A DNA stretch of 64,000 nucleotides, taken from positions 1-64,000 of the forward strand of contig JAVZJU010000002.1 of assembly GCA_038870595.1 (NCBI GenBank). The letters are read 5' to 3'. The notes under the pieces are model-generated. The model saw only the letters and a list, made by a program, of their open reading frames with translations. It made no database searches and was not told where the DNA came from. Positions 45,496-55,725 of this stretch are shown in pieces. How positions within the stretch are numbered: position 1 is the stretch's first letter; each line of letters starts with the position of its first letter. Both the position numbers and the translations under genes were made by a program. The DNA is from Candidatus Bathyarchaeia archaeon (GTDB lineage Archaea > Thermoproteota > Bathyarchaeia > Bathyarchaeales > Bathycorpusculaceae).

Positions 45496-47685
45496 TTAGC
45501 AGCGTTTCATAAAGTTCATGCAGCATGTACCAATGTCTCGAAGGTCGATTCTCCCATCCCTGTTCAAGTCATAGTAGTGGTCCCACCTTGGATCACCTGG
45601 TTTTGCCCCGTAGCGGCTGCATACGTCGTTAATGTCCCGCATATCCACGACTCCATCGCCGTTAACGTCGCCCATGATTCTTATTTTGACTTTACCATCT
45701 TCAAGGGTGTTGTCTGACAAGTTGAATTCGTATGGTACTGGTCCAGCCAGAGCTGAGATTGTGTAATTGTGACAGTATGGAACATTCTTGGTGTCCCAAC
45801 TTATGATTATTGTTAATTCTTCGTTAGGCGGCAAGTCGTTAACTGTGACTGTTGGTCCGAGATTGCTGTCATAGTAGATTTTCACTTCAAAAGTTTCTGT
45901 TATGTTTCCCTTGTTTTTAACCGTCACAGTGATGTTAACTATCCAGCCTTGATAAGCGATATTCAAATCCGTGGACAAAGAGGTGACTGCTACATCCCTT
46001 ATTAATCCTATAAATATTCCGTGGTGGACTTCATGAGTTACTGGCTCATTATTGATGTTTAGAAGCAGCGTATCGGTGAGGTTTATGGGGCTTACACCCA
46101 AAGCTACAACGACGAACTCGACCCTCATTACGGGTTTAGGCTCGTATGTTGTTATTCCTTGGCGATATGTTATGTTTGCCCAGATATAGCCAGCCTCATC
46201 GTCTATCAAAATTTTCTTGAGAGGCGTTTGTCCGGATATGGGTAAAACTGCCACATTAATCTCCAGTATTACTGATGGAATATATGTCAAATTGAATATG
46301 CATGTTTTAAGGTTTTCAACATCATCCACCGTCACATTTATTGTAAATGTTGTTCCAGGCAAGTATTCCGGACCGCTGACTTCGCTTGGGTCAATTGCCA
46401 GCGTAGCGAGTAGAACATTATTGAAATATCCGTCTTCACTTGTCGCCGGAATAGGATTGCCTAACGGGTCTCGCAAATCAACATCAGCAAGTTTCAGGAT
46501 CGTCCGCCCTAAGTCTAAGACTTGAAATGTCACCGTTGCAAGTTTTCCGTTTCCCTCCGCCACATCTGATGGGGAAGTTAGTTGGCAACTCATGTAAACA
46601 CGACCATGAGTGGAGTTGTAATCATTCTCGATTGTAAAGGTGAAGCTTGTTGGACCTATCGATGATAAGAAGTCTCCTTCATACACGTCTGTGGCTGATA
46701 GTAGAGTTCTGTTAAAGAATATTGCTGCTTCCCAAGAATGGAGGGTTACAGCATCCCTTATCAAAAGGCTTATGTTAAATGCTTTCCCAGGCGTAAGGGA
46801 CGGGTCAACAATACTATGCGGGTCTATATAAACAACAGGTCCACCAGTCCTTCGGACGATTGCCGTGGCGTTAGCTTTCGCACTTGCCTTGTCTGTAACT
46901 TTCACTGTTACTTTATGGTCGCCCAACAATGTTATTGGCGGAGTTGTCCAAACCGTTGAGTTTTCAGCGTTTTTGTCCTCTATTTCCGTGCCATTAGGAT
47001 ATCTAAAATACCATTGATACTTGTAGGGGGTTGGACCGTTTTTGGCTGTTGCCGTGAAAGTTACTTGACCGCCTGGATCAACTACAACAGGTCCAGGAGG
47101 GCTTAAAGTAACTTTCAGCTCATCAATGTACGTGTAGGTTGCATCTTCCACCGTGAAGGGTATGTCGTATCCAGGTCCATTTATTAAGAACGTGTTGTAT
47201 CCGATTTCTGCCAAGGCGAGGTTGCATGTTGCTGGGAAGGACGGAGGCGATAGGATTTTCAGTTTTACTTGGCATAGAGTCCCTGTGCCGTTAAATGTCC
47301 AGTATGGCTCATTAATATATGTGCAGCCCCAAATCACGTAGCCGGGGCCTGTTTCTGGCGGTGGAGTTATCATTGCTTTTCCAGAACCGGCGAAGACGTG
47401 GTCTGGTGGAAGGGAAACCGACACGTATGCCAGTAGTGCTGGATCCCATGTTAATTTTATTTGCCAATTTTGCAAGTCAACAACGTCAACAACAGTTATG
47501 TTAACTGTGAATGTGGATCCTGGAAGGGTCACATTTGCATAAAATTTGTTTGTGGCGGGCAAAACCTTCAATTTTGTGCTGCCAGGTCCAGATTTTACTG
47601 GGATTGCTGGTAACAAGGCAAGAGTCAATGTTAAAAGAATTAAAGCTGTTGAGAGCTTGGCTCCCCTTTTAGCATTTAGAAGCAT
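45496..47685 (-). CDS. Adaptor scaffoldin-like protein: three cohesin-like modules + CARDB-like domain + C-terminal type-I-like dockerin
   Basis: Signal peptide. Cohesin-like 1 (GSTFTVNITVVDVVDLQNWQIKLTWDPALL...WGCTYINEPYWTFNGTG), 2 (PGKAFNISLLIRDAVTLHSWEAAIFF) and 3 (PGTTFTINVTVDDVENLKTCIFNLTY). Dockerin DVNGDGVVDMRD...DLNRDGRIDLRD. Confidence 0.7.
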   Translation of the reverse strand: MLLNAKRGAKLSTALILLTLTLALLPAIPVKSGPGSTKLKVLPATNKFYANVTLPGSTFTVNITVVDVVDLQNWQIKLTWDPALLAYVSVSLPPDHVFAGSGKAMITPPPETGPGYVIWGCTYINEPYWTFNGTGTLCQVKLKILSPPSFPATCNLALAEIGYNTFLINGPGYDIPFTVEDATYTYIDELKVTLSPPGPVVVDPGGQVTFTATAKNGPTPYKYQWYFRYPNGTEIEDKNAENSTVWTTPPITLLGDHKVTVKVTDKASAKANATAIVRRTGGPVVYIDPHSIVDPSLTPGKAFNISLLIRDAVTLHSWEAAIFFNRTLLSATDVYEGDFLSSIGPTSFTFTIENDYNSTHGRVYMSCQLTSPSDVAEGNGKLATVTFQVLDLGRTILKLADVDLRDPLGNPIPATSEDGYFNNVLLATLAIDPSEVSGPEYLPGTTFTINVTVDDVENLKTCIFNLTYIPSVILEINVAVLPISGQTPLKKILIDDEAGYIWANITYRQGITTYEPKPVMRVEFVVVALGVSPINLTDTLLLNINNEPVTHEVHHGIFIGLIRDVAVTSLSTDLNIAYQGWIVNITVTVKNKGNITETFEVKIYYDSNLGPTVTVNDLPPNEELTIIISWDTKNVPYCHNYTISALAGPVPYEFNLSDNTLEDGKVKIRIMGDVNGDGVVDMRDINDVCSRYGAKPGDPRWDHYYDLNRDGRIDLRDIGTCCMNFMKRC

Positions 47686-47767
47686 TTTCTTCTCCTCTCC
47701 TCGTTATTACTGCTCACTATTTTGATATAAAGATTCTGGAAATAAATTCTACCGAGAGGATGCCGTT

Positions 47768-50700
47768 CTAGTAATATTTGGCAGTCTTGCCATAGTTGCC
47801 ACAGGCGATGCCGATGTCACGCATATCTACTTTGCCATCATTATTCACATCTTTATTGGGGTCCCAGTTGGGCTTTGACGGGTTTGTTCCGAACTTGTTA
47901 CATATCGCCCCCACATCGCGCATATCCACTTTGCCCTCTGGAACTCCTTGAGCTATGCTTGTTACATCTCCTGAGATTACTATTAGAACCGAACATTTGA
48001 TGTAAAGGTTGTTTGAGATGTTGCCTTCTCCTAAAACCGGCACTGCATAAGCACTAACAGTATAATTTCCATATGCCAAGTTTGTTGTGTCCCAAGATAA
48101 ACTGGTAATTATAGATTGCCCAGGCAGTATCGTTTGGATAAATTTTGTTCCTATGGTCTGGTTGGCATACGTGTTATTGGACCAGTAAACGATTATTTGA
48201 ACATTTGACTCTGTAAAGTTACCGTTATTTTTTGTCGTTACGTAAATTAGGGTTCCATAATCTCTACCTATATATTTTTTCATGGGAATTGGTTTACTTA
48301 GGTTCACGTTTGGTGTGCTAGCTGTAACATTTTCTATACTTATGTCAGCGTATTCTACTCTGATTTGGCAGGATTTACTATTGTCAGACGGGTTTTCATC
48401 CACAATTGGTGGTTGGAGAGTGGCGCTAACAGATATTATGTAATTTCCAGCAGACAGACTTGTCGTGTCTAAATAGATTGTGAGGGTTTGCTGTTTTCCC
48501 CTTCCAAGGTTTATAGAAGTTGTGTAGAAGTTTGTGGTATTGTATGATGCTGTAACACTTATTGTTTCAGTGAATGATCCTTTATTCCATATAGTTGCGT
48601 TGATTGTTGCTGTTTCACCTTTTTTGACCGGCGTCTTTAGAGGTATGACTTTTAAGACGGCTACATCATGGTTTGAGCCTTGTATCGCATAGAGTTTGCC
48701 ATCTTTGGAGGTTACGTATATGATGTCATTTAGTACAGCTGGTGATGAGTCAATTATTCCTCCAGTTTGGTAGCTCCACCAAATTTCGCCACTTTCTTCT
48801 TCTATTGCGTAAAGCCTTCCTGTTGTCGTTCCCACTATAACTTTGCGTTCGGCCACTAGAGGAGATGACCATTTTATTGGTCCAATTTCTTTACTCCAAA
48901 GTAAGTTGCCAGTCAACGCGTTAAGGGCATATAGTTTACCGTCTGTTGAGCCTACAAAAACTGTATTGTCAGCTATCGCTGGTGAAGAGTATATCTCGCT
49001 GTTCGTCGTTAAGTTCCATAAAATTGTGCCAGTTTGGGCGTCTAAAGCATAGATTTTCTTGTCTCTTGAACCTGTGAAAACTCTATCGTTGGCAAACGAT
49101 GGGGATGAGTAGATACCGACTCCTGGTGCTAGGTTTTTCCTCCATAGAATTCCCCCAGTTATTTCATTTAATGCGTATATACTGCCATTTTGGGTTGCCA
49201 CGAACACCTTGCCGCTTGCTGCAGCGGGAGACGTGTAGACCGCTCCGTCGAGGGTGCTTGTCCAGATAGTTGTTCCGTTTATATAAAAGGCGTAGACTTT
49301 TCCATCTGTGGAACCGATAAATACTTTATTACCATAGATGACTGGAGAGGAATAGACTGGACCTCCAGTTGTTATGCTATATTTTACGCTACCATTTGTT
49401 GCATTTACTGCATATACAAGTCCATTTTCTGATCCTATGAAGAGTAAGTTGTCTGTGTAGGCTGGGGAGGAGTAGATTTTGTATCCTGGGGCTGGTGTTG
49501 TTTTCCATATGAGCGCTCCGTTTGTTGCATTAAAAGCGTATAGTGTTCCGTTTATTGACCCTATGAAAACTTTATTTCCAACAATTGCGGGGGAGGATTG
49601 CATCCATTGTTCGGTGCTTGTTGACCCTATTGTTTTTTGCCATTTGGTTGAGTTAGCTGTCGATGCTAACGAGGAGGATGAGCCTTTGTGTTTGGGGTCG
49701 TGGCGGAACATGGGCCAAGCTTCTGTTACTATTACTAGTCTTTCAGTTGAGTTGTATATTCCTTTATTGTTGGTTACTGTTAATTTGACCGTGTAGTATC
49801 CGCCCATGTCGTATATGTGGGTAACTATCTGGCCTTTCGCTGTGGTTCCGTCGCCAAATTGCCATGTATAGTCTATGATGGTTCCGGTTGGGTCGTAACT
49901 TGCTGAGCCGTCGAAGGTGACTGTTTGGCAGACCATTGGATTACTTGGAGAATATGTAAACTGTGGAACGGGCCCTAGAACTAAGAAGCTTTTTATGTCA
50001 ATCGCTGTTGAAATTTGATATTCGGTTGTTGCATATATCACATATTTGTCAGCAGGTATATCCGTTGCTGGGAGTTTAAATGTTACATTAAAGTATTGGG
50101 GTTGCGGTGGCATTGAGGGAGTTGTTGTGCTTATATAGAATTTTGCCTTTTTTTCTGGACAATATGGGGCTCCTAGATTTTTTGGGTAGTCCTTGAATAG
50201 GCTTACTGATACTTGTGCTTCGCCAGTTGGCGCGTGACTTGGTATTGGCATCGAGGAAAGAAGCTTTACGGTTTGACCTCCTTCAATTGTAAAACCTGAC
50301 GTAAAGAATGCTGTTAGGGGTGTGTTATCAGAGCATTGCACATAAACGGCTATTAATACATACCTGTTTACTACGTCGAAGTTTTTTATTGTTATATTGA
50401 GGTAGGCCGTGGTTCCACGGCTAAAAAGGTTCTTTGGTGTTCCTTGTGAGTCGCAGGTGTACATGTCTAAGATTTGTACGCGCCAGTATCTGCCTGAAAC
50501 GTCGCCTGTTTCAACCGTTCTTAAGACAAAGGGGTTTCCGTTTGGGAAGTCTACCTGGATGGCAGCTATTGTGTCGGTTTTTAGTGCTCCGTCCAAGGTT
50601 ACGTTTCCTGTTATTATTACTGTTTCTCCTGCGTTGTAGGTTGGTTTGTTTGTTGTTATGTTTATGTCTAGTATGTAGGCTTTTGCTTGTTGTGTTAATA

Positions 50701-50794
50701 TGCTTATGTGAAGGGTTAGAATTATTAATATTAAGAACGTTGTGATTGTGAGTTTTTTGATTTGGTTTTTTGGGGATGAATTCATAAGCTTCAC
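47768..50794 (-). CDS. Secreted PKD + PQQ-like beta-propeller + CARDB-like protein with C-terminal dockerin
   Basis: YTWQFGDGTTAKG...KLTVTNNKG PKD. Eight or more repeats of the G.LYA.NA.NG...W type (PQQ-like blades). Dockerin GKVDMRD...DVNNDGKVDMRD. Confidence 0.7.
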   Translation of the reverse strand: MKLMNSSPKNQIKKLTITTFLILIILTLHISILTQQAKAYILDINITTNKPTYNAGETVIITGNVTLDGALKTDTIAAIQVDFPNGNPFVLRTVETGDVSGRYWRVQILDMYTCDSQGTPKNLFSRGTTAYLNITIKNFDVVNRYVLIAVYVQCSDNTPLTAFFTSGFTIEGGQTVKLLSSMPIPSHAPTGEAQVSVSLFKDYPKNLGAPYCPEKKAKFYISTTTPSMPPQPQYFNVTFKLPATDIPADKYVIYATTEYQISTAIDIKSFLVLGPVPQFTYSPSNPMVCQTVTFDGSASYDPTGTIIDYTWQFGDGTTAKGQIVTHIYDMGGYYTVKLTVTNNKGIYNSTERLVIVTEAWPMFRHDPKHKGSSSSLASTANSTKWQKTIGSTSTEQWMQSSPAIVGNKVFIGSINGTLYAFNATNGALIWKTTPAPGYKIYSSPAYTDNLLFIGSENGLVYAVNATNGSVKYSITTGGPVYSSPVIYGNKVFIGSTDGKVYAFYINGTTIWTSTLDGAVYTSPAAASGKVFVATQNGSIYALNEITGGILWRKNLAPGVGIYSSPSFANDRVFTGSRDKKIYALDAQTGTILWNLTTNSEIYSSPAIADNTVFVGSTDGKLYALNALTGNLLWSKEIGPIKWSSPLVAERKVIVGTTTGRLYAIEEESGEIWWSYQTGGIIDSSPAVLNDIIYVTSKDGKLYAIQGSNHDVAVLKVIPLKTPVKKGETATINATIWNKGSFTETISVTASYNTTNFYTTSINLGRGKQQTLTIYLDTTSLSAGNYIISVSATLQPPIVDENPSDNSKSCQIRVEYADISIENVTASTPNVNLSKPIPMKKYIGRDYGTLIYVTTKNNGNFTESNVQIIVYWSNNTYANQTIGTKFIQTILPGQSIITSLSWDTTNLAYGNYTVSAYAVPVLGEGNISNNLYIKCSVLIVISGDVTSIAQGVPEGKVDMRDVGAICNKFGTNPSKPNWDPNKDVNNDGKVDMRDIGIACGNYGKTAKYY

Positions 50795-50880
50795 ACCTAA
50801 TATTTTCTGAAGGTTTGATTTAGCTTTTATTTTTGTTTTTACACAAAAAATGGGGGTGTTGGTGGGGTTTGGCGTTTATT

Positions 50881-52839
50881 TTATGGTTTGACTATGTAGA
50901 AGTCTATGGTGTTGGTTACTTCTGGGCAGTAGGGTACTCCGCCGTTCCATGGGAATTTGTCGAAGGCGTTGGCGAAGACTTTTCCTTTGCCTACTACGGC
51001 GTTGGTTGGTAGTGGTATGACTGGTTCCCATGGGTCATATGTCTTGAAGGGTGGTGTTTCGCATGCTAGGTAGTCGTAGTATATGTATTCGCCCCATCCT
51101 ACCTCTGTTTGCAGGTAGTCTGAGCCTATGAAGAATCCTAGTTCGTCGTAGACGGTTACTGTTAGGGTTACGTTGAGCTTTTGCATGCTGTAGGTTCCAT
51201 ATATTACTGTGAAGTCTAATGGGTCTCCGCCTGTCTTGCGTTGCACGTACTGCGTGTGTTTGGGTTCAACGCTTAAGACGTCCACCTTCCACCATACCCA
51301 GAAGCCTAAGGTGTCATTAACTTTTTGTTGGGCTACTTCAACTGTGGCTATTACGCGCCATTTGCCGAAGATTTCGTCTTCTGGGTTTTCGCATGGCCAT
51401 GGTATCCTGAAGGATACATGGGCTATGCCGTTTTGGTCTGTTGTTGCTTCTCTATATATGTCGTAGCCGTTGTGAATTATGTGGAAGCCTACAAGCTTCT
51501 GTTGTACTGGATACTCATTGTATTCTACTTTCGCGAATAGGTCAACAAGCTCTTGTGGCGCGAACATGTCGCTGGGCATGTGTGGGCCTTGTCCGCCATA
51601 TGGGCTTGGGTATTGCGTGTACAGGTCTATTTTGAGACCGAGAATCCTCATTGGCGCCCTGTAGTGGCAGTCCACCGTCGAGCTTGATATGGCCATCATG
51701 TACTGGTTTAATGCGTATGTGTCTTCGTCGAATTTGAAGTCTATAAACTCGATCCAAGTCCAATCTTCTTTGGGTGATATTGTTTCGTAGATGGCTTTGA
51801 AGTAAACCGTCATCAGCCTTGCTCCGTCAGGTCCAACACTTACGAATGGCGGGTGATATGGTTCGGCAGGTGGACTGTCTGGCAATAGTATGGCGCCAAA
51901 CATTGAGTAGTTGTAGCCGTCTGGAATCGGTGTTAATGGCGGTGGCCTGTTATGCTGGTTTATGTCTGCTACATACATGACTCCGCCTGGGTAGTATTGG
52001 AATGCCTCTAGAAGTGTTCCATTCGCATAGTACATGCCCGTGGGACCTGGGTCTGGCACTATGAAGGTTGTGTTCCACATGAGGCTGAACTGGAAGCCTA
52101 TTATCTCCCAGCCTGCAGCAACATTTTTAACCCATATTTCAAGTCCGAAGACGTCGCCTATCTTTTCTGGTTTGCAGACGGCTGGCTTAATGAAGAATGT
52201 TGGGTAGTAGGGTGGAGCAACCCACTCATACTTGTAGTGGGCATCAACCCCTGTGAAGGTAATGTCATAGCCAGCACCGTTCAATAGGAATGTGCTTTCG
52301 CCCTCCCCTGCAATTTGAATGTCGCACTCCAAAACCTTTGGTGAAATTTGAGAAACTCCTTTTTTAACCTTCAATTCCAGCCTGAAGAGGGTTCCAGTGC
52401 CGTTGAAAGTCCAGTAGGGGTCATTGATGTATGTGCAACCCCAAACAAACATGCCTGTTCCTATTGTCGGGGTTGGAGTTATCATCGACCTTGCAGCTCC
52501 GGCGAAAACATGGTCTGCTGGAAGCTCATGACCAGCGTACTCAAGGAGCGATCCATCCCATGTTACGTTAACTTGCCACAGTTGCAGGTCGGTTACATCC
52601 CTAACAGTGATGTTTACCCAGAAAGTACCCCCGACGCCGATCATCTCTGATGTGAAGTAGAACAGATGATCTCCGTCTGTAGGATCAACAACCTCAACAG
52701 TTGTCCCGGGCTCAGCTTTACCAGAGGGTACAAAGACCAGCAGTGTGCTTAATGTCAGTAGAACAGCCAATGTGATACTAGAAAGTTTGCTAAATTTCCT
52801 TTCCATTTTCTCCCTTCTCCTTCTATTCAGCAATATCAA
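50881..52839 (-). CDS. Secreted protein with two cohesin-like modules and a large uncharacterised domain
   Basis: Signal peptide (likely start MERKF). GGTFWVNITVRDVTDLQLWQVNVTWDGSLLEY...WGCTYINDPYWTFNGTGTLF, and a second module GDVFGLEIWVKNVAAGWEIIGFQFSLMW. No TM and no dockerin. Confidence 0.6.
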   Translation of the reverse strand: MILLNRRRREKMERKFSKLSSITLAVLLTLSTLLVFVPSGKAEPGTTVEVVDPTDGDHLFYFTSEMIGVGGTFWVNITVRDVTDLQLWQVNVTWDGSLLEYAGHELPADHVFAGAARSMITPTPTIGTGMFVWGCTYINDPYWTFNGTGTLFRLELKVKKGVSQISPKVLECDIQIAGEGESTFLLNGAGYDITFTGVDAHYKYEWVAPPYYPTFFIKPAVCKPEKIGDVFGLEIWVKNVAAGWEIIGFQFSLMWNTTFIVPDPGPTGMYYANGTLLEAFQYYPGGVMYVADINQHNRPPPLTPIPDGYNYSMFGAILLPDSPPAEPYHPPFVSVGPDGARLMTVYFKAIYETISPKEDWTWIEFIDFKFDEDTYALNQYMMAISSSTVDCHYRAPMRILGLKIDLYTQYPSPYGGQGPHMPSDMFAPQELVDLFAKVEYNEYPVQQKLVGFHIIHNGYDIYREATTDQNGIAHVSFRIPWPCENPEDEIFGKWRVIATVEVAQQKVNDTLGFWVWWKVDVLSVEPKHTQYVQRKTGGDPLDFTVIYGTYSMQKLNVTLTVTVYDELGFFIGSDYLQTEVGWGEYIYYDYLACETPPFKTYDPWEPVIPLPTNAVVGKGKVFANAFDKFPWNGGVPYCPEVTNTIDFYIVKP

Positions 52840-52961
52840 TTTTGTCGCTAGTAAAATTTAAGGATTCCGGAATTATCTTCTATCCAAAACAAAAATAAGC
52901 ATGCATCAACATTTTAATTCAAGATAAACTAAAAACACAAAAGCCCAAGGAGGACAAACAC

Positions 52962-54506
52962 GTGCAAAAAAGGCGGACATCAACAATAATAATCATTGCG
53001 GCAATCCTATCTATTGGAATCCTGTCCCAGTCGCTAAATCTTCAATCCTTAGCACAAACACGTGTAATAAAGATTGCTGATATGAAAACAGGCTCAAATT
53101 TCATAACCCTCGGAAGTCAAAGTAATCCAATACCTTTAGGCGGATACCAATTCACGGTTAACGTCACCCTAGAAGGCCTAACAAACAACCTTTACGTTTA
53201 TCAAATCGCAGTTAAATTTGACAAAGACAAAATTCGCTGCACATCCGCGTGGATAAACAGAAACGACCCAAATTTTGTCTTCTACTCCCACAAAAGCCTC
53301 ACCTACATTCCACCCGCTGCCATAGACAACACTGAAGGATACGTGGTTTTAGGCGCCTCATTGATAGGCGACCGCCAAGTAGACGTTTCAAAGGGGCTGT
53401 TATGCCAAATAAACTTCACAGCCATAAAAAAGGGCGAAACACAAATTGAACTCATTCCAACTGGTTACGAACCCTACGACACATTTTTAGGATACTTTGA
53501 AGACGATAATTTAAGGTACATATCCTTCACAACAGAGAACTTTAACTGTATAGTTCAAGCATCACAAACTCCACCATTAGCTTCATTCACATTTAACCCA
53601 AAAAACCCCGAAGCAAACCAACCAGTGACCTTTGACGCTTCTGGAAGCTACGACCCAGACGGCTATATTGCAAACTACACTTGGGACTTTGGAGACGGAA
53701 CAAACACAACAACAAACCAGCAAAGCGTCAATCACACATTCACATCGAACGGCGCCTACAACGTCACGCTGACAGTTTACGATAATAGCACCCGCAGCAG
53801 TTCAACACGCGAAGAAGTGCAGGTGGGACGCCTCCCTATCGTTAAATTTACATATCAACCCGCCCAAATACAACCGTTCCAACCAGTTACATTCAACGCC
53901 GCCGAAAGCCAAGACCCCGATGGAACAATAGCCAGATACGTCTGGAATTTTGGAGACGGCAACACGACAACCACTTACACCCATCAAATAACACACATCT
54001 TCAATAGCAGAGGCGCTTTCAGAGTTAATTTAACAGTTTATGATAATGAAGGACTACACAACTCAACGGCTAAAGAAATTTTTGTTGGAAAACCCCCATC
54101 TCCAAACTTCACCTACACCACTCCGCGAGCCGTCGAAGACTACTTTATCGTAACCTTTAATGCATCACAAAGCCAAGCTGGAGAAGAAGATGGCTATATT
54201 GTTTCCTACGTGTGGGATTTCGACGACCACATCGGCATAGTAGAAACACAATCTCCAATAATAGAACACATTTACATGGAGGGAGACTATGAGGTAAAAC
54301 TCACAGTTTACGACAACAACGGATTACACAATTCAATCACAAAAACTATAAAAGTTAAGGTAGAGAAAACGAAAGAAACGAATGGAACAGATATAACAAT
54401 CTACCTCGTCGCAGCTGCGGCCGCGATATTAGTTATTATTGTGGTGTTAAAACTGGTTAGAAAAAAATCCACATCTATAAAACAAAAGAAGAAAAAGAGA
54501 AAGTAA
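52962..54506 (+). CDS. Membrane-anchored surface protein: cohesin-like N-domain + 3-4 PKD domains + C-terminal TM/KKKKRK (paralog of 43727..45397)
   Basis: N-terminal TM. YQFTVNVTLEGLTNNLYVYQIAVKFD...LLCQINFTAIKKG. WDFGDG / WNFGDGN PKD motifs. C-terminal TM. Confidence 0.6.
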   Translation: MQKRRTSTIIIIAAILSIGILSQSLNLQSLAQTRVIKIADMKTGSNFITLGSQSNPIPLGGYQFTVNVTLEGLTNNLYVYQIAVKFDKDKIRCTSAWINRNDPNFVFYSHKSLTYIPPAAIDNTEGYVVLGASLIGDRQVDVSKGLLCQINFTAIKKGETQIELIPTGYEPYDTFLGYFEDDNLRYISFTTENFNCIVQASQTPPLASFTFNPKNPEANQPVTFDASGSYDPDGYIANYTWDFGDGTNTTTNQQSVNHTFTSNGAYNVTLTVYDNSTRSSSTREEVQVGRLPIVKFTYQPAQIQPFQPVTFNAAESQDPDGTIARYVWNFGDGNTTTTYTHQITHIFNSRGAFRVNLTVYDNEGLHNSTAKEIFVGKPPSPNFTYTTPRAVEDYFIVTFNASQSQAGEEDGYIVSYVWDFDDHIGIVETQSPIIEHIYMEGDYEVKLTVYDNNGLHNSITKTIKVKVEKTKETNGTDITIYLVAAAAAILVIIVVLKLVRKKSTSIKQKKKKRK

Positions 54507-54538
54507 ATTCTCAAAAGTTGGAAACTGTTTAACTATTT

Positions 54539-55723
54539 CTATTTGCTTACTGCGTAGCAAGCAACAAAATGCCCGTCACCAACATCAACCAGCTTAGGTT
54601 CTGAACTCTTACAAACATCCATGGCTTTGGGACATCTCGGATGGAATCTACAACCGGGAGGGGGATTAACAGGACTCGGAACCTCACCAGTAATGGGTGG
54701 ACGCTCCCTTCTCTTTGTTGGATCTGGAATTGGAATAGCTGCAAACAACGCTTGTGCATAAGGATGCAGAGGCTCTTTGTAGAGCGTTTCAGTTTTTGCT
54801 AGCTCCACAATTTTACCAAGATACATAACAGCTACTCGGCGACTTATACATTCAACAACGCTTAAGTCGTGGCTTACAAACATGTAGGTGATGCCTAGCC
54901 TCTTTTGAAGATCTTGGAATAAGTCTAGAAGTTGGGCTCTAACTGAAACATCGACAGATGATGTGGGCTCATCTAAAACAATGAATGCAGGACGTGTGAT
55001 AATTGCCCTTGCAACGGCAATCCTTTGCCTTTGACCTCCGCTGAACTCATGTGGATACCTATAAAGATGCTTTTCAGTTAAGCCCACGTTTTCAAGCGCC
55101 TCAACAACCATATCATAGACTTTTCGTCCAGTGGCTATTCCCTGTGCAACGATTGGCTCAGCGACTATGTCCTTAACAAGCATTCTGGGATCCAGCGATG
55201 TTGTTGGGTCCTGGTAGACTATTTGCATAAATCTCCTCAACTTTCTCAATGATGAGAATGAGGCTTTCGTTAAGTCGTATTGCCTATGACGGGGGATTTT
55301 GTCCCGCAAATAGGAAATTAGTTCCTGTTCTTTCATGTTCCTAACTTTGGTAACTTCATCTTTGGATAGATATTTCATGCCATAGCTTTTTATAGCATTC
55401 TTAAACTTTTCAGAAACCGCTTTAGCGCGCTTTGGATCTGAAGTTTTTGCTTCCTCCTCAAGCCTTTCAATTTCCAGAAATTCGTAATTGGGTGCATTAA
55501 ATATTATTTTTCCATCGTTTGGTTTGTAAAGCCTTAGGATAGTTTTTCCCAGCGTTGTTTTTCCACATCCAGATTCTCCCACTACTCCGAAGGTTTCGCC
55601 TTTAAATATTTTGAAGGACACTCCGTCAACTGCTTTAACTTCGGCTACTTTCCTTTTCAAAACGCCGCCGAGGATGGGGAAGTATTTTTTAAGATTCTCA
55701 ATTTCTAGAAGGGTAGTTTCCAC
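54539..55723 (-). CDS. Oligopeptide/dipeptide ABC transporter ATPase (OppF/DppF-like)
   Basis: GESGCGKTT Walker A, LSGGQRQR signature, C-terminal oligopeptide-type extension with [12 protein letters not shown]. Confidence 0.85.
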   Translation of the reverse strand: METTLLEIENLKKYFPILGGVLKRKVAEVKAVDGVSFKIFKGETFGVVGESGCGKTTLGKTILRLYKPNDGKIIFNAPNYEFLEIERLEEEAKTSDPKRAKAVSEKFKNAIKSYGMKYLSKDEVTKVRNMKEQELISYLRDKIPRHRQYDLTKASFSSLRKLRRFMQIVYQDPTTSLDPRMLVKDIVAEPIVAQGIATGRKVYDMVVEALENVGLTEKHLYRYPHEFSGGQRQRIAVARAIITRPAFIVLDEPTSSVDVSVRAQLLDLFQDLQKRLGITYMFVSHDLSVVECISRRVAVMYLGKIVELAKTETLYKEPLHPYAQALFAAIPIPDPTKRRERPPITGEVPSPVNPPPGCRFHPRCPKAMDVCKSSEPKLVDVGDGHFVACYAVSK

Positions 55724-55725
55724 TT

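Noticed and set aside
50434-50745. Leu/Arg/Cys-rich 103-aa ORF (and 50409..50639) on the plus strand
   Set aside because: Antisense artefact of the Thr/Asn-rich 1008-aa gene.
36414-54506. Recurrent tgggactttggagacgg-type DNA repeats that could resemble a repeat array
   Set aside because: They encode the WDFGDG core of PKD domains inside long ORFs at irregular spacing; not CRISPR or any non-coding array.
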